From contig OZ243913.1 in NCBI GenBank assembly GCA_965213705.1, forward strand, positions 1 to 64,000: a DNA stretch of 64,000 bases, given 5' to 3'. This document shows positions 30,615 to 40,161 of the stretch, piece after piece (the first letter of the stretch is position 1; every line of letters starts with the position of its first letter). The position numbers and the translations under genes are program-made. Source of the DNA: Trueperaceae bacterium. Its GTDB lineage: Bacteria > Deinococcota > Deinococci > Deinococcales > Trueperaceae. The notes under the pieces are model-generated. The model did not search any database and had not been told where the DNA came from. It worked only from the letters and a program-made list of their open reading frames with translations.

Positions 30615-31745
30615 ATGACCCGTTTCGACCGCTACTTACTCCGCGAGGCCGCCGCGCCCCTACTCTTCAGCCTCGCGCTCTACAGCGCGCTGGCGGTCGT
30701 CAGCGTCACCTTGCCGCGCTTGCAGTGGATAGTGGGTGCGCCCTTTGGCGGGCTCGCGTACTGGCTGCTGCTCCAGGTGCCGGCGGCGCTCGTGCAAACC
30801 CTGCCGGTGGCGCTCGTGCTGACGGTGTTATTGGTTTTCGGACGTTTGGCGGCGAGCAACGAACTCTCGGCGGCCCAGGCGGGCGGTATTTCGCTGCTGC
30901 GCGTCGGGGGAGTGTTCGTGGCGCTGAGCGCGCTGCTCACCGTGACCGCCCTGGCCGTCAACGAATACGTGCTGCCGGCGACGAACGCGCGGGTCGGCAG
31001 TTTGTACTGGCCCCTAACGACCGGCGGTCAGAGCGGTTTGTGGCGGCTCGCGGCCAAAAACATTCCCTTGAACGGGTACACCCTTTATTTCGAGACGGCC
31101 GACCCCAAAACGGACGACCTGCTGGGCGTGCGGATAGAGGCGTGGCAGGGCGAGCGGGGCGTGTTCGTGTTGGCCGAGCGCGCCCACTTTTCCGACGACG
31201 GTCTGGAGCTGTACGGCTACCGTTCGAGCACCCTAGACTTCGCCGCTTTAGCGGGGGATACCGAGGACGCCGCCGACCTGCTTAAAAAGTTCGTCCTGCG
31301 CTACACCGAATCGCAGCGGCCCGACCAGCCGCTCGTGCTGAAAACCTCGGAGAGCGTGGACGAACTCGTCACCCGTTACAGCGGCGGCGGTTTCGAAGAC
31401 AGCCGCTCGTTGGGCGACACCTTTCAAGACGCTTCAAACCCCGACTTGAGCCCGCAAGAGAGGCGGCAGGCCGCGGTGCTGTTCCACCGCAAGCTCGCCG
31501 AGCCGTTCGCCAACCTCACGCTGCTCCTCGTCGCGATTCCCCTGAGCTTGCTTTACGCGCACAGCCGGGGCGTGGCGTTCGGGCTGTCGCTCGTCGTCAC
31601 CCTGGCCTGGTACGTGCTCCTCACCGCCGGGCAACTGCTCGCCCAAAGCGGCGCGGTGCCGGTCTGGTTGGGGCTGTGGTTCGGTAACATCGCGCTGGCA
31701 ACCGCGGGGCTGTACCTGCTGCTGGCGCGAACACGGCTGAGGTAA
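30615..31745 (+). CDS. LptF/LptG-family permease
   Basis: MTRFDRYLLRE, LPVALVL..FGRLAASNELSAAQAGGIS and FHRKLAEPF motifs. Confidence 0.9.
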   Translation: MTRFDRYLLREAAAPLLFSLALYSALAVVSVTLPRLQWIVGAPFGGLAYWLLLQVPAALVQTLPVALVLTVLLVFGRLAASNELSAAQAGGISLLRVGGVFVALSALLTVTALAVNEYVLPATNARVGSLYWPLTTGGQSGLWRLAAKNIPLNGYTLYFETADPKTDDLLGVRIEAWQGERGVFVLAERAHFSDDGLELYGYRSSTLDFAALAGDTEDAADLLKKFVLRYTESQRPDQPLVLKTSESVDELVTRYSGGGFEDSRSLGDTFQDASNPDLSPQERRQAAVLFHRKLAEPFANLTLLLVAIPLSLLYAHSRGVAFGLSLVVTLAWYVLLTAGQLLAQSGAVPVWLGLWFGNIALATAGLYLLLARTRLR

Positions 31746-31749
31746 AAAA

Positions 31750-31826
31750 GTGCTGAGTCCTGAGTACCGAGTAGAAAGTAGGTTTTTACTCGGTACTTTC
31801 AACTCGGTACTCGGTACTTCTCGGTC
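31750..31826. repeat. Heptamer tandem repeats forming a stem-loop
   Basis: CTGAGTC/CTGAGTA/CCGAGTA followed by repeated TACTCGG. An 11-bp stem pairs 31763-31773 with 31787-31797. Confidence 0.65.
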
Positions 31827-31887
31827 TTTTCCCGTTATCGAATTGCGCGCTAAGCGACAGCGGGCATGATAAACTTGTGTTCCTAGC

Positions 31888-34077
31888 ATGACGCTCCTCC
31901 CCCAGAGCTTGCAAAAAGCGACAGCCTACCTAGACGCCCGCGACGAGAAACGCTTGGCGGCGGCGTACGCGCTTGCCCACCGCGCGCACGACGGGATGAT
32001 GCGCCGCTCGGGCGACCCCTACATCACCCACCCGGTCGCGGTGACCGAAATTTTGGCCGAGTTGCGCCTGGACGCGGACGCGCTGTTGGCCGGACTGCTC
32101 CACGACACCGTCGAAGACACCGACGTGACCTTTGAACAAATCGAGGCGGAGTTCGGCGCATCGGTGCGCCGAATTGTCGAGGGTGAAACGAAAATCAGCA
32201 AGCTCGCCGTGCGCGTCTATGAGGACGAGCAGGCCGAAAACCTGCGGCAGATGCTCTTGGCGATGGTCTCGGACGTGCGAATCATCATCGTCAAACTCGC
32301 CGACCGGCTCCACAACATGAGGACTTTAGCGTTTCAGCCGCCCCACAAACAGCAGCGCATCGCCAAGGAAACGTTGGAGATTTTCGCCCCGCTGGCCCAC
32401 CGCCTCGGCATCAGCAACTTAAAAAACGAACTCGAGGACCTGAGTTTTCACTACTTAGAGCCCGAGCGCTTTGAAGCGCTGCAGCGGCAAGTGCGGATGC
32501 GCCACACCGAGCGCGAGGCTTACGTCAAGCAGTCGATACACCTGCTCGAGGACCGCCTCAAAACCGAAGGCCTCAAGTTCGAGGTGTCCGGGCGCAGCAA
32601 ACACCTCTACAGCATCCACTACAAGATGCAGCGCGACAACAAAAACCTCGACCAAATTTTCGACCTCATGGCGATCCGGGCCACGGTCGACGCCCCGAAC
32701 GGCAACGGCATGACCGACGAGGACAAGGAAAAAGCGGTCTGCTACCGCGCGCTCGGCATCGTCCACAGCCTCTGGACGCCGATTCCGGGCCGCTTCAAGG
32801 ACTACGTGGCGGTGCCCAAACCCAACGGCTACCAGTCGCTCCACACGACCGTCATCGGCTTGCGCGGCCAGCCCATCGAGGTGCAGATTCGCACTTCACG
32901 GATGCACAAGGTCGCCGAGTACGGGGTCGCCGCGCACTGGGCTTACAAACAGGGGTTGGAAGACGTCGCCGAAATCGAGAAGCGGCTCGAGTGGATGAAA
33001 CAACTTTTAGACGTCGACGACACCGCCGAGAGCGCAGGCGCGTTTATCGAAACGGTCAAACACGACCTCCTGAGCGAGCGCGTCTTGATGTTCACGCCCG
33101 CGGGCGACCTCATGAACCTGCCGCGCGGCTCGACGCCGGTCGACTTCGCTTACCAGGTTCACACCGAAATCGGCCACCGCTGCATCGGCGCGCGGGTCAA
33201 CGGGCAAATCGTGCCGCTGAGCTACGAACTGCAAACCGGCGACCGCGTCGAAATCCTGACCAACCGCTCGGCGCAGTATGGCCCGAGCAGCGACTGGCTG
33301 AACTTGGCCGTGACCCGGAGCGCCAAGCAGAAAATTCGGCACTACTTTCGGCAGCAGGAAAAACAAGGGCAGTTGGAGAGCGGCAAACGCTCGTTGGAGC
33401 GCGCCCTGCGCCGCAAACAGCTCGGCTTGGGGCAGTACATGACGCGGGCGAAGCTCGAGGGGGCCGCCAAAAAGCTGCTGCATTCGGACAGCGTGGACGA
33501 CCTGTACTCGGCGCTGAGCAGCCGCCGTATCGCCGCCCGGCAGGTTGTGGACCTCCTCGCGCCCGGTGCCGAAAAACCGCCCACAACGCCCACCAAACCG
33601 CCGACCCCCAAGTCGGGCATCGGCGGCGTCTTCGTCGACGAACTCGACACGCCCGCCAAGCTCGCGCAGTGCTGCTCGCCCGTGCGCGGCGACGACGTGG
33701 TCGGCTACATCACCCGCGGGCGCGGCGTGACCGTCCACCGGGCGCAGTGTCCGAACGTCAAACACCTCCTGCAAACACAAGAGGAGCGCTTCGTCAACGT
33801 CACCTGGGACGTGCCCTCGGGCGAGGTGTTCCCGGTCGACTTCGAGGTCGTCGGGGTCGACCGACCAGGTCTTTTGAAAGACGTGCTCGACGTTATCGGC
33901 GGCATGAACAAGTCGGCCTCGAGGGTCAGCGCCGACGTCCACAACACCTCCTCCGCCCATATCCACTTCCGCGTGGACGTCAAGGACCAAAACGAAATCG
34001 CTTACATAAAAGACAACGTCTTCAAAATCGCCGACGTGACGGATATTTACCGGGCCAAGCCGGGGATAAAGGCGTAG
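31888..34077 (+). CDS. rel: Bifunctional (p)ppGpp synthetase/hydrolase Rel
   Basis: PYITHP, LLHDTVED (intact HD), KLADRLHNMRTL, KPNGYQSLHT, EVQIRT, then TGS, ZFD (CCSP) and ACT domains. Confidence 0.97.
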   Translation: MTLLPQSLQKATAYLDARDEKRLAAAYALAHRAHDGMMRRSGDPYITHPVAVTEILAELRLDADALLAGLLHDTVEDTDVTFEQIEAEFGASVRRIVEGETKISKLAVRVYEDEQAENLRQMLLAMVSDVRIIIVKLADRLHNMRTLAFQPPHKQQRIAKETLEIFAPLAHRLGISNLKNELEDLSFHYLEPERFEALQRQVRMRHTEREAYVKQSIHLLEDRLKTEGLKFEVSGRSKHLYSIHYKMQRDNKNLDQIFDLMAIRATVDAPNGNGMTDEDKEKAVCYRALGIVHSLWTPIPGRFKDYVAVPKPNGYQSLHTTVIGLRGQPIEVQIRTSRMHKVAEYGVAAHWAYKQGLEDVAEIEKRLEWMKQLLDVDDTAESAGAFIETVKHDLLSERVLMFTPAGDLMNLPRGSTPVDFAYQVHTEIGHRCIGARVNGQIVPLSYELQTGDRVEILTNRSAQYGPSSDWLNLAVTRSAKQKIRHYFRQQEKQGQLESGKRSLERALRRKQLGLGQYMTRAKLEGAAKKLLHSDSVDDLYSALSSRRIAARQVVDLLAPGAEKPPTTPTKPPTPKSGIGGVFVDELDTPAKLAQCCSPVRGDDVVGYITRGRGVTVHRAQCPNVKHLLQTQEERFVNVTWDVPSGEVFPVDFEVVGVDRPGLLKDVLDVIGGMNKSASRVSADVHNTSSAHIHFRVDVKDQNEIAYIKDNVFKIADVTDIYRAKPGIKA

Positions 34078-34186
34078 AAAAGCGTGTAGAGCAGCCCCTT
34101 CTCTTTCTTGAAAACGTCTTTGGCGATAATGGATACTTGGACTGACTGCAAGTGTTGAGGGCGGTGGCATCTGAGGGGGAACGCCT

Positions 34187-35320
34187 TCACCCACCTGAGT
34201 GAGCCTGCGTTTCTTGTCTTGCTCGAGTGAGTTGCTCGAGGTGGTTGACGTGCTGACCTATGTTACTTGTGCTAAACGTTTTTAGAAAGTGCTCGCGCGC
34301 GTTGACGCCGAACTGCTCGCGCAGAGCGTCGTCCAGGAGTAAAACTTTTATTTTCTCAGCAAACGCGGCCGCGTCTTCGGGGGGTACCAAAAAGCCTGTT
34401 TTGCCGTCTATAACCACTTCTACTATCCCGTCGACCTCGGACGCTACAACCGGCGTGCCGACAGCTTGGGCTTCGGCACCGACGTAGCCGAAAGCTTCAT
34501 TTTTGCTGGTGACCACACAAACCGACGCCCTGGCGAGAGCTTCCATCACCTCCGGCAACGGTTTATAACCGTGGAAGGTACACAGGTCGGCAACACCCAG
34601 TTCGGCGGCTCGAGCTTCGCAAACGCTTTTCTGCGCTCCTGCACCGTAAAATTCAACGTGAACGTCAGGCACGTGTTCACGAATGAACGGAAGAGCCTCG
34701 ACAAGCACCTGCTGATTTTTAGAGGGTGTGAAGCGACCCACGCTGACCAGGCGGTTGGGAAACCTTGGTGTGGGTTCAATCTGCGGAGGGGGAATGAGGT
34801 TGTGGAGCACCGAAATTTTGTTGGAAGGCAGGTGATAAACAGTCTGCAAATCGTTCGCCGAAGCTTGTGAGTTGGCGACGAGGTGGGTAGCAAAAAGATA
34901 AACGAAGCGCTTGCGCAACAACTTCAAATCTTCAACCCAGCCCGGCCTTTTGGCGTCGGCTCGAGTCTGTTTATAAAGGGTGCGGTACCAAGCTACTCGG
35001 GTGGGAATACCGGTAAAAGCGCCGACGAGTACACAGACGTTCACAGTGTTGAATTGACTGATAAGACAGTCTGGTCGGTAATTTCGGGCAAAACGATGTA
35101 GAAATACAGCGTCACGCCAACTCGTGGCCGTTTTGGAAGGCCAGCTCAAAAATAGCAGGTTCGACTCGGCGTTTTCTGAATCAAGTTGGTTACCCAAAAA
35201 GGTGACGCGGTGCCCGCGCCTAACGAGTTCGTCAGCCAAAGCACTGTAATACAGGCTGTTCGCCTTACCTTTTTTTGATTGGAACGCGATGGCGAAATGC
35301 GACACACACCAAGTTACCAA
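34187..35320 (-). CDS. GT4-family glycosyltransferase (lower GC)
   Basis: VGRFTPSKNQ and EAFGYVGAEAQAVGTPVVAS..GIVEVV motifs. Start uncertain. Confidence 0.85.
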   Translation of the reverse strand: MVTWCVSHFAIAFQSKKGKANSLYYSALADELVRRGHRVTFLGNQLDSENAESNLLFLSWPSKTATSWRDAVFLHRFARNYRPDCLISQFNTVNVCVLVGAFTGIPTRVAWYRTLYKQTRADAKRPGWVEDLKLLRKRFVYLFATHLVANSQASANDLQTVYHLPSNKISVLHNLIPPPQIEPTPRFPNRLVSVGRFTPSKNQQVLVEALPFIREHVPDVHVEFYGAGAQKSVCEARAAELGVADLCTFHGYKPLPEVMEALARASVCVVTSKNEAFGYVGAEAQAVGTPVVASEVDGIVEVVIDGKTGFLVPPEDAAAFAEKIKVLLLDDALREQFGVNAREHFLKTFSTSNIGQHVNHLEQLTRARQETQAHSGG

Positions 35321-35456
35321 ATCCTATGAAAGGTAACAAGGTTCTCAGTTTTACCTTATAGCTTTCTTCCAGACCAACATTCAAGCCCCACCCTGTAACG
35401 AGGCGCACATCGCGCCTCGTGGTTTGTTGACGGCTCGAGCCGTGCTAGATTGACAC

Positions 35457-35918
35457 ATGCCGAATCCCGACGCCCCCGACTACCAAGCCATGCTGCAGGT
35501 CGCCTTGGAAGAAGCTCGCCAGGGCCTCAGTGAGGGCGGCATTCCCATCGGAGCCGCCCTGTTTCATAAGGACGGCCGAATCTTGGGCCGCGGCCACAAC
35601 CGCCGCGTGCAAGACGGCGACCCGAGCATTCACGGGGAGACCGACGCGTTCCGAAAAGCCGGACGGCAGCGCAGTTACAAAGACACCATTATGGTGACTA
35701 CGCTCGAGCCCTGCTGGTACTGCAGCGGGCTGGTCAAGCAGTTCGGCATCGGCACGGTGGTTATCGGTGAATCCGAGAACTTTCAGGGCGGCGCGGCTTG
35801 GTTGCGGGAGCAAGGCGTCGAGGTTGTCAATTTGAATTCTGCCGAGTGTGTTGCCATGCTTGCAGACTTTATCGCCGCACATCCAAACCTCTGGCACGAG
35901 GATATAGGGCTCGAGTAA
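35457..35918 (+). CDS. Zinc-dependent nucleoside/cytosine deaminase
   Basis: EGGIPIGA, GHNRRVQ, HGE and TLEPCWYC motifs. Confidence 0.9.
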   Translation: MPNPDAPDYQAMLQVALEEARQGLSEGGIPIGAALFHKDGRILGRGHNRRVQDGDPSIHGETDAFRKAGRQRSYKDTIMVTTLEPCWYCSGLVKQFGIGTVVIGESENFQGGAAWLREQGVEVVNLNSAECVAMLADFIAAHPNLWHEDIGLE

Positions 35919-35921
35919 CCC

Positions 35922-36320
35922 TCACTCCATGTCCACGGCGACCCTGCGGCCCTTGAAAAACAGCGTGAGCTTCTCAAAATACTGCTCGAGGGCAAAAACG
36001 AGCGAGTAACCGACGATTTCTTCGGCACCCATAGCGCCCCAGCCGAGCAGCGAACCCAACCTACCAGCAAGGTAGAAAACGCCGACGAGGGTTGCAAAAT
36101 TTTCCACAAGTTTTGCCATGTTAGGACGCGGCTCCCCCACCCCGTCCCTCACGCCGCTCGCCGTCCTACCCCGGAAGACGTACCAGACAATGTAAAGAAC
36201 GACCAACAACAAACCGTACCGAAAAAGCAGTTCCGTCCACACCCTGTCCACCTGCCTTACAGCTACTTTAGAGGATGTAAAAGTGAAGATGTCGGCCGAA
36301 ACCGGCCTTTTCAACCCCAA
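35922..36320 (-). CDS. Hypothetical small membrane protein (start uncertain)
   Basis: Open frame with two or three hydrophobic stretches and no recognisable motif. Confidence 0.35.
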   Translation of the reverse strand: MGLKRPVSADIFTFTSSKVAVRQVDRVWTELLFRYGLLLVVLYIVWYVFRGRTASGVRDGVGEPRPNMAKLVENFATLVGVFYLAGRLGSLLGWGAMGAEEIVGYSLVFALEQYFEKLTLFFKGRRVAVDME

Positions 36321-36547
36321 AGAAAAACCCGCGCTTGTCCAGGGCGCGGGTCAATCAGGGAGGTAAGGACAGTTTAGGGCTGCACTCTTACAAAATTCTT
36401 ACAGGTTCGGGCGAGATGTTTGAGCCGCTGGAAATACCGGAAGCACCGGCAAACTTCGCAGGTGTAAATCAGGCGTGTACGACCAAAGCAAACAAGCCGG
36501 TGCAGAACACCCGGCTCCTCTTTTGCCGTTGCTGACTCTATTTTTAG

Positions 36548-36623
36548 TGGTGGGCGATGAGGGACTTGAACCCCCGACATCCTCCTTGTAAGGGAGGCGC
36601 TCTTCCAGCTGAGCTAATCGCCC
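36548..36623 (-). tRNA. tRNA-Val(TAC)
   Basis: GGGCGATTAGCTCAG...CCTCC-CT-TAC-AA-GGAGG...GTTCAAG...CGCCCACCA, 76 nt. Confidence 0.97.
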
Positions 36624-36769
36624 ACGAGAGGTAACATCTTTCAACACACATCATTCAGCTCATCCAACAATACCGTCGCGCAAGAAAAGCATCATCTTCA
36701 ACAACCGGCAGCAGCCTCGAGAAGCTTCTAAGATTAAAGGTACCACCCACGCGGATGATACCTTCACCT

Positions 36770-36844
36770 TGGTGACCCCTACGAGATTCGAACTCGTGCC
36801 GCCACTGTGAAAGAGTGGTGACCTAACCGCTAGTCGAAGGGGCC
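36770..36844 (-). tRNA. tRNA-Glu(TTC)
   Basis: GGCCCCT...CCACT-CT-TTC-AC-AGTGG...GTTCGAAT...AGGGGTCACCA, 75 nt. Confidence 0.97.
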
Positions 36845-36848
36845 CTGC

Positions 36849-36924
36849 TGGTGGGTCGTACAGGGCTCGAACCTGTGACCCGCTGATTAAAAGTCAGCTG
36901 CTCTTCCAACTGAGCTAACGACCC
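36849..36924 (-). tRNA. tRNA-Lys(TTT)
   Basis: GGGTCGTTAGCTCAG...GCTGA-CT-TTT-AA-TCAGC...GTTCGAG...CGACCCACCA, 76 nt. Confidence 0.97.
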
Positions 36925-36989
36925 CTGCAGTACCTGGGCCGGAGCCCGCACCTTCGGCAAACCCCTCAGGGCTCGCCTACAGCCTGACC

Positions 36990-37019
36990 AGTATATGGAC
37001 TAAAGAGAGGACCTGTCAA
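36990..37019 (-). promoter_or_regulatory. Sigma70-type promoter of the tRNA operon
   Basis: TTGACA-18 nt-TATACT on the minus strand, ~65 nt upstream of tRNA-Lys. Confidence 0.75.
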
Positions 37020-37243
37020 GGTGCTGGCGGACAAGTATTTCGCGGTGCAGACGGTCGTTGAAGAGGTCTTCTCTTAAACTTGGTTTCGTAAGGCGAGCCT
37101 CACTTCAAATCGAGGAGCGAACTGCAGAAAAGTTTTCGACTGCGTTTTATTTTTCCTACTCGTCACCCGGACAAATCGACCCGGACGAAGCGGATGACAC
37201 TTTCGTGACATACGAAATCCCCCTACGCTCTAAAATTTAGGTA

Positions 37244-38422
37244 GTGGAACGGTTAGCACTTATCGGCGTCTCACACAGGCGCGGCGGGGCGGCGGCGCTC
37301 GAGGCGTGGCAGCGAGGTTTCAAGGCGGCGGATTTTGAGCGCTATGGCTTGGAGGAGTGGGTACCTTTGGTGACCTGCAACCGCTGGGACCTCGTCACCG
37401 TGTTGCCTGCAGGGATGAACGTGGCGGAGGCGAGGGCGCAGCTTACCCCGCCGGGTTCAAAAGTGCGGCCCTACGCGTTTTTAGGCGACGGGGCCTTGGA
37501 ACAGCTCAGCCGCGTGGCCGCGTCGCTCGACTCGCTCAACCCCGGCGAGGACCAGATTATGGCGCAGGTGAGAGAGGCCTTCAGCGCGGCGCAGGCGTCG
37601 GGAACAACTGGTAAGACGACGATGTTCGCGTTTCACACGGCGCTGCGCATCGCCAAAAAGGTGCGGCGCGACGTCGACCTAGCGCCGCTGCACACGTCGC
37701 TCTTCAGCCTGGCGCGGCCGCAGTTGGAACGCAGCCTAGCGCCCGGTGACCGCGTCGCCGTCCTCGGCGCGGGCGAGATGGGCACGCTGGCGGCGAAGTC
37801 TTTGGCGGAGAACAAGAACCTGCACCTGACCATCGTCAACCGCACACCGGAGCGCGCGGCCCAGCTCGGCAAACACCTCGGGGTGGAGAGTTTAAGCCTG
37901 GCCGAGTTTTTAGCGTCGCCGCCCCCGCTCGAGGCCCTCGTCTGCGCACTGTCCGCAGGCGACGTGGTGGACGAGACCGTGCTCGAGAAGCTGCCCACGC
38001 TTAAAACGATTGTCGACTTAGGCGTGCCGCGCAACCTCAAGGCGGGGGCGGCGCGTGGGGTGTGCGTGCTCGACGTGGACACGCTGCAGGCGGCGGGAAA
38101 TATGCGCCGCACGGCGATGACCGACAAGCTCGCCCGCGCCGAACGGCTCATCCAGGACGAACTCGAACTCGCCCGCGTTGAGTGGACCGAGCGGCAGTTG
38201 GGGCCGTCCATCAAACGGCTGCGCGACTGGTACTTGGACACCATCGGCGACAGCCTGCCCGCCGCCGACGCCGCCAAACTCGCCCACAAGTTCGCGCACG
38301 TGCCTATCAAAGGCTTGCGGGCGGTGGCGCGGGAGTACGGGCTCGAGGCGGCGAAGGTGTTTTTGGAGGAAACCGGCTTGAACGATAGGGTAAATGACGG
38401 CTTGAACGACGGGGTTGAATGA
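37244..38422 (+). CDS. hemA: Glutamyl-tRNA reductase
   Basis: GVSHR, TCNR, RVAASLDSLNPGEDQIMAQVR, GAGEMG and DLGVPRN motifs. Confidence 0.93.
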   Translation: MERLALIGVSHRRGGAAALEAWQRGFKAADFERYGLEEWVPLVTCNRWDLVTVLPAGMNVAEARAQLTPPGSKVRPYAFLGDGALEQLSRVAASLDSLNPGEDQIMAQVREAFSAAQASGTTGKTTMFAFHTALRIAKKVRRDVDLAPLHTSLFSLARPQLERSLAPGDRVAVLGAGEMGTLAAKSLAENKNLHLTIVNRTPERAAQLGKHLGVESLSLAEFLASPPPLEALVCALSAGDVVDETVLEKLPTLKTIVDLGVPRNLKAGAARGVCVLDVDTLQAAGNMRRTAMTDKLARAERLIQDELELARVEWTERQLGPSIKRLRDWYLDTIGDSLPAADAAKLAHKFAHVPIKGLRAVAREYGLEAAKVFLEETGLNDRVNDGLNDGVE

Positions 38423-38516
38423 TGACCAGACTCAGCCAGTGGCTCGTAGCCGGTAGCCTGCAGTTCTCCTACAAGCCACAAACCACTGGCTACAAACTCC
38501 ATCCAGGGAGAGGACT

Positions 38517-39404
38517 ATGAACCTCATCCGCATCGCCACCCGCAAAAGTCAACTCGCCCTGTGGCAAGCGAACTTCGTCAAAAGTCGGCTCGAGGCCCTC
38601 GGCCACGGGGTCGAACTCGTTTTAATCGAAACGCAGGGTGACAAGGATTACCAGCCGTTCGCACTCATGCAAGGCCAAGGGTTTTTCACCAAGGCCGTGC
38701 AGGACGCGGTGTTGGCGGGCGAGGCCGACGTGGCCGTCCACTCGCACAAAGACCTGCCGAGCGCGCCCATGCCGATGTTGGAAATCGCCGCCGTGACCGA
38801 ACGCGCCGACCCGCGCGACGTGTTGCTGGTGCGACCGGAAAAGTTTGACTCGAGCGCGCAAAACTTGCCCCTGACAGAAGGTGCGACCGTCGGCACGAGC
38901 GCGGTGCGGCGGCAAAAACAGCTGCTCGCCTTACGCCCCGACCTCGTCACGAAAGAACTCCGCGGCAACGTGCCGACGCGGGTACAGAAACTGCGCGACG
39001 GCCTATATGACGCGATTGTTCTGGCGGCGGCGGGCCTGGAGCGCCTGGACCTCGACTTGTCCGGCTTGGAAACCCTCGTCCTCGAGCCCCACGTGATGGT
39101 GCCCGCCCCGGCGCAGGGCGCGCTGGCGCTCGAGACGCGCCGCGACGCTTACGAGGTCGCCTCCGTCCTGACCGACCTCCACGACCTCCGCAGCTACAAA
39201 GCCGTCGCCGCCGAACGCGGACTGATGGCGATGCTCCAGGGCGGCTGCCAACTCGCCCTCGGCGCGCACGCGGTTTATGAGGACGGCGTCGTCAAGCTTA
39301 AAGCCTGGTACGAAGGCCACTACATCGAGGTCGCCAACCCTTCTTCAGAAGGCGCGGCGATGCTCGCCTTCGAGGCGCTCGGGCGACCGACGGTAGAAAC
39401 TTAG
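38517..39404 (+). CDS. hemC: Hydroxymethylbilane synthase
   Basis: IATRKSQLALWQA, AVHSHKDLP, GTSAVRR, RGNVPTR, PAPAQGAL and GGCQ motifs. Confidence 0.97.
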   Translation: MNLIRIATRKSQLALWQANFVKSRLEALGHGVELVLIETQGDKDYQPFALMQGQGFFTKAVQDAVLAGEADVAVHSHKDLPSAPMPMLEIAAVTERADPRDVLLVRPEKFDSSAQNLPLTEGATVGTSAVRRQKQLLALRPDLVTKELRGNVPTRVQKLRDGLYDAIVLAAAGLERLDLDLSGLETLVLEPHVMVPAPAQGALALETRRDAYEVASVLTDLHDLRSYKAVAAERGLMAMLQGGCQLALGAHAVYEDGVVKLKAWYEGHYIEVANPSSEGAAMLAFEALGRPTVET

Positions 39405-39416
39405 AGGATGTTTTAG

Positions 39417-40106
39417 GTGAAGCTCAGGGTCGCGCTCACGCAGTCGCCGGGCAAGCTGGCAGGCTTGGAGGCAGGCTTGCTCGAGCGCGGTTTCGAGGTC
39501 GTGCGCAGCCCCTTGATAAAAACCGAGCCGCTTTTGACGCAAACCGTCAGGGAGCACGCCGAGGTTTTGTTAGGTTGCCCCTGGCTGCTGTTCACGAGCC
39601 CGAGCGGGGTCGAGGCTTGGGGCGCGCTCGAGCTGGGTTTCGGTGGGGCGCGGCTCGGCGCGGTCGGGGCCAAAACGGCGGCGGCGCTTGAAGGTTTGGG
39701 CGGTAGGGTCAGTCTCGTCGGCGAGCCGCAAACTTCGCTCGGACTGGCCGAGGCTTTTTTGCAAGATGCAAACGCCGCCGCGCCCGTCGGGCTGCCGCGC
39801 GGTGACCGGGCGCTGCCGACGTTGCAGGACGCGTTGGAGAAAAACGGCCTCGAGACCCGCCCGCTGGTGGTGTACCGAACAGTTACCAACGCCTTTAACG
39901 CCGATGATGTAGATGTGGTTGTCCTCAGCAGTCCCTCGGCGGTCGAAGCCCTGCCGCGCACTGTCGGGGCGCGCGCCAAGCTTGTCGCCCTCGGTCCCAG
40001 CACGGGCGCGGCCATTGCGGAGTACGGCTGGAGCTACGTCCAGGCCGACCGCCCCGACGCGGACGCCGTGCTTGACGCCCTCGAGACCCTGACGCCCTCA
40101 GCTTAG
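39417..40106 (+). CDS. hemD: Uroporphyrinogen-III synthase
   Basis: FTSPSGV, AVGAKTAAAL, VYRT, SSPSAV and GPST motifs, plus operon position. Confidence 0.9.
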   Translation: MKLRVALTQSPGKLAGLEAGLLERGFEVVRSPLIKTEPLLTQTVREHAEVLLGCPWLLFTSPSGVEAWGALELGFGGARLGAVGAKTAAALEGLGGRVSLVGEPQTSLGLAEAFLQDANAAAPVGLPRGDRALPTLQDALEKNGLETRPLVVYRTVTNAFNADDVDVVVLSSPSAVEALPRTVGARAKLVALGPSTGAAIAEYGWSYVQADRPDADAVLDALETLTPSA

Positions 40107-40161
40107 ACACCTTTTACGACGCCACCAGTCCAGCCGCCGACCGGACCGCAAAAAGGAAACC

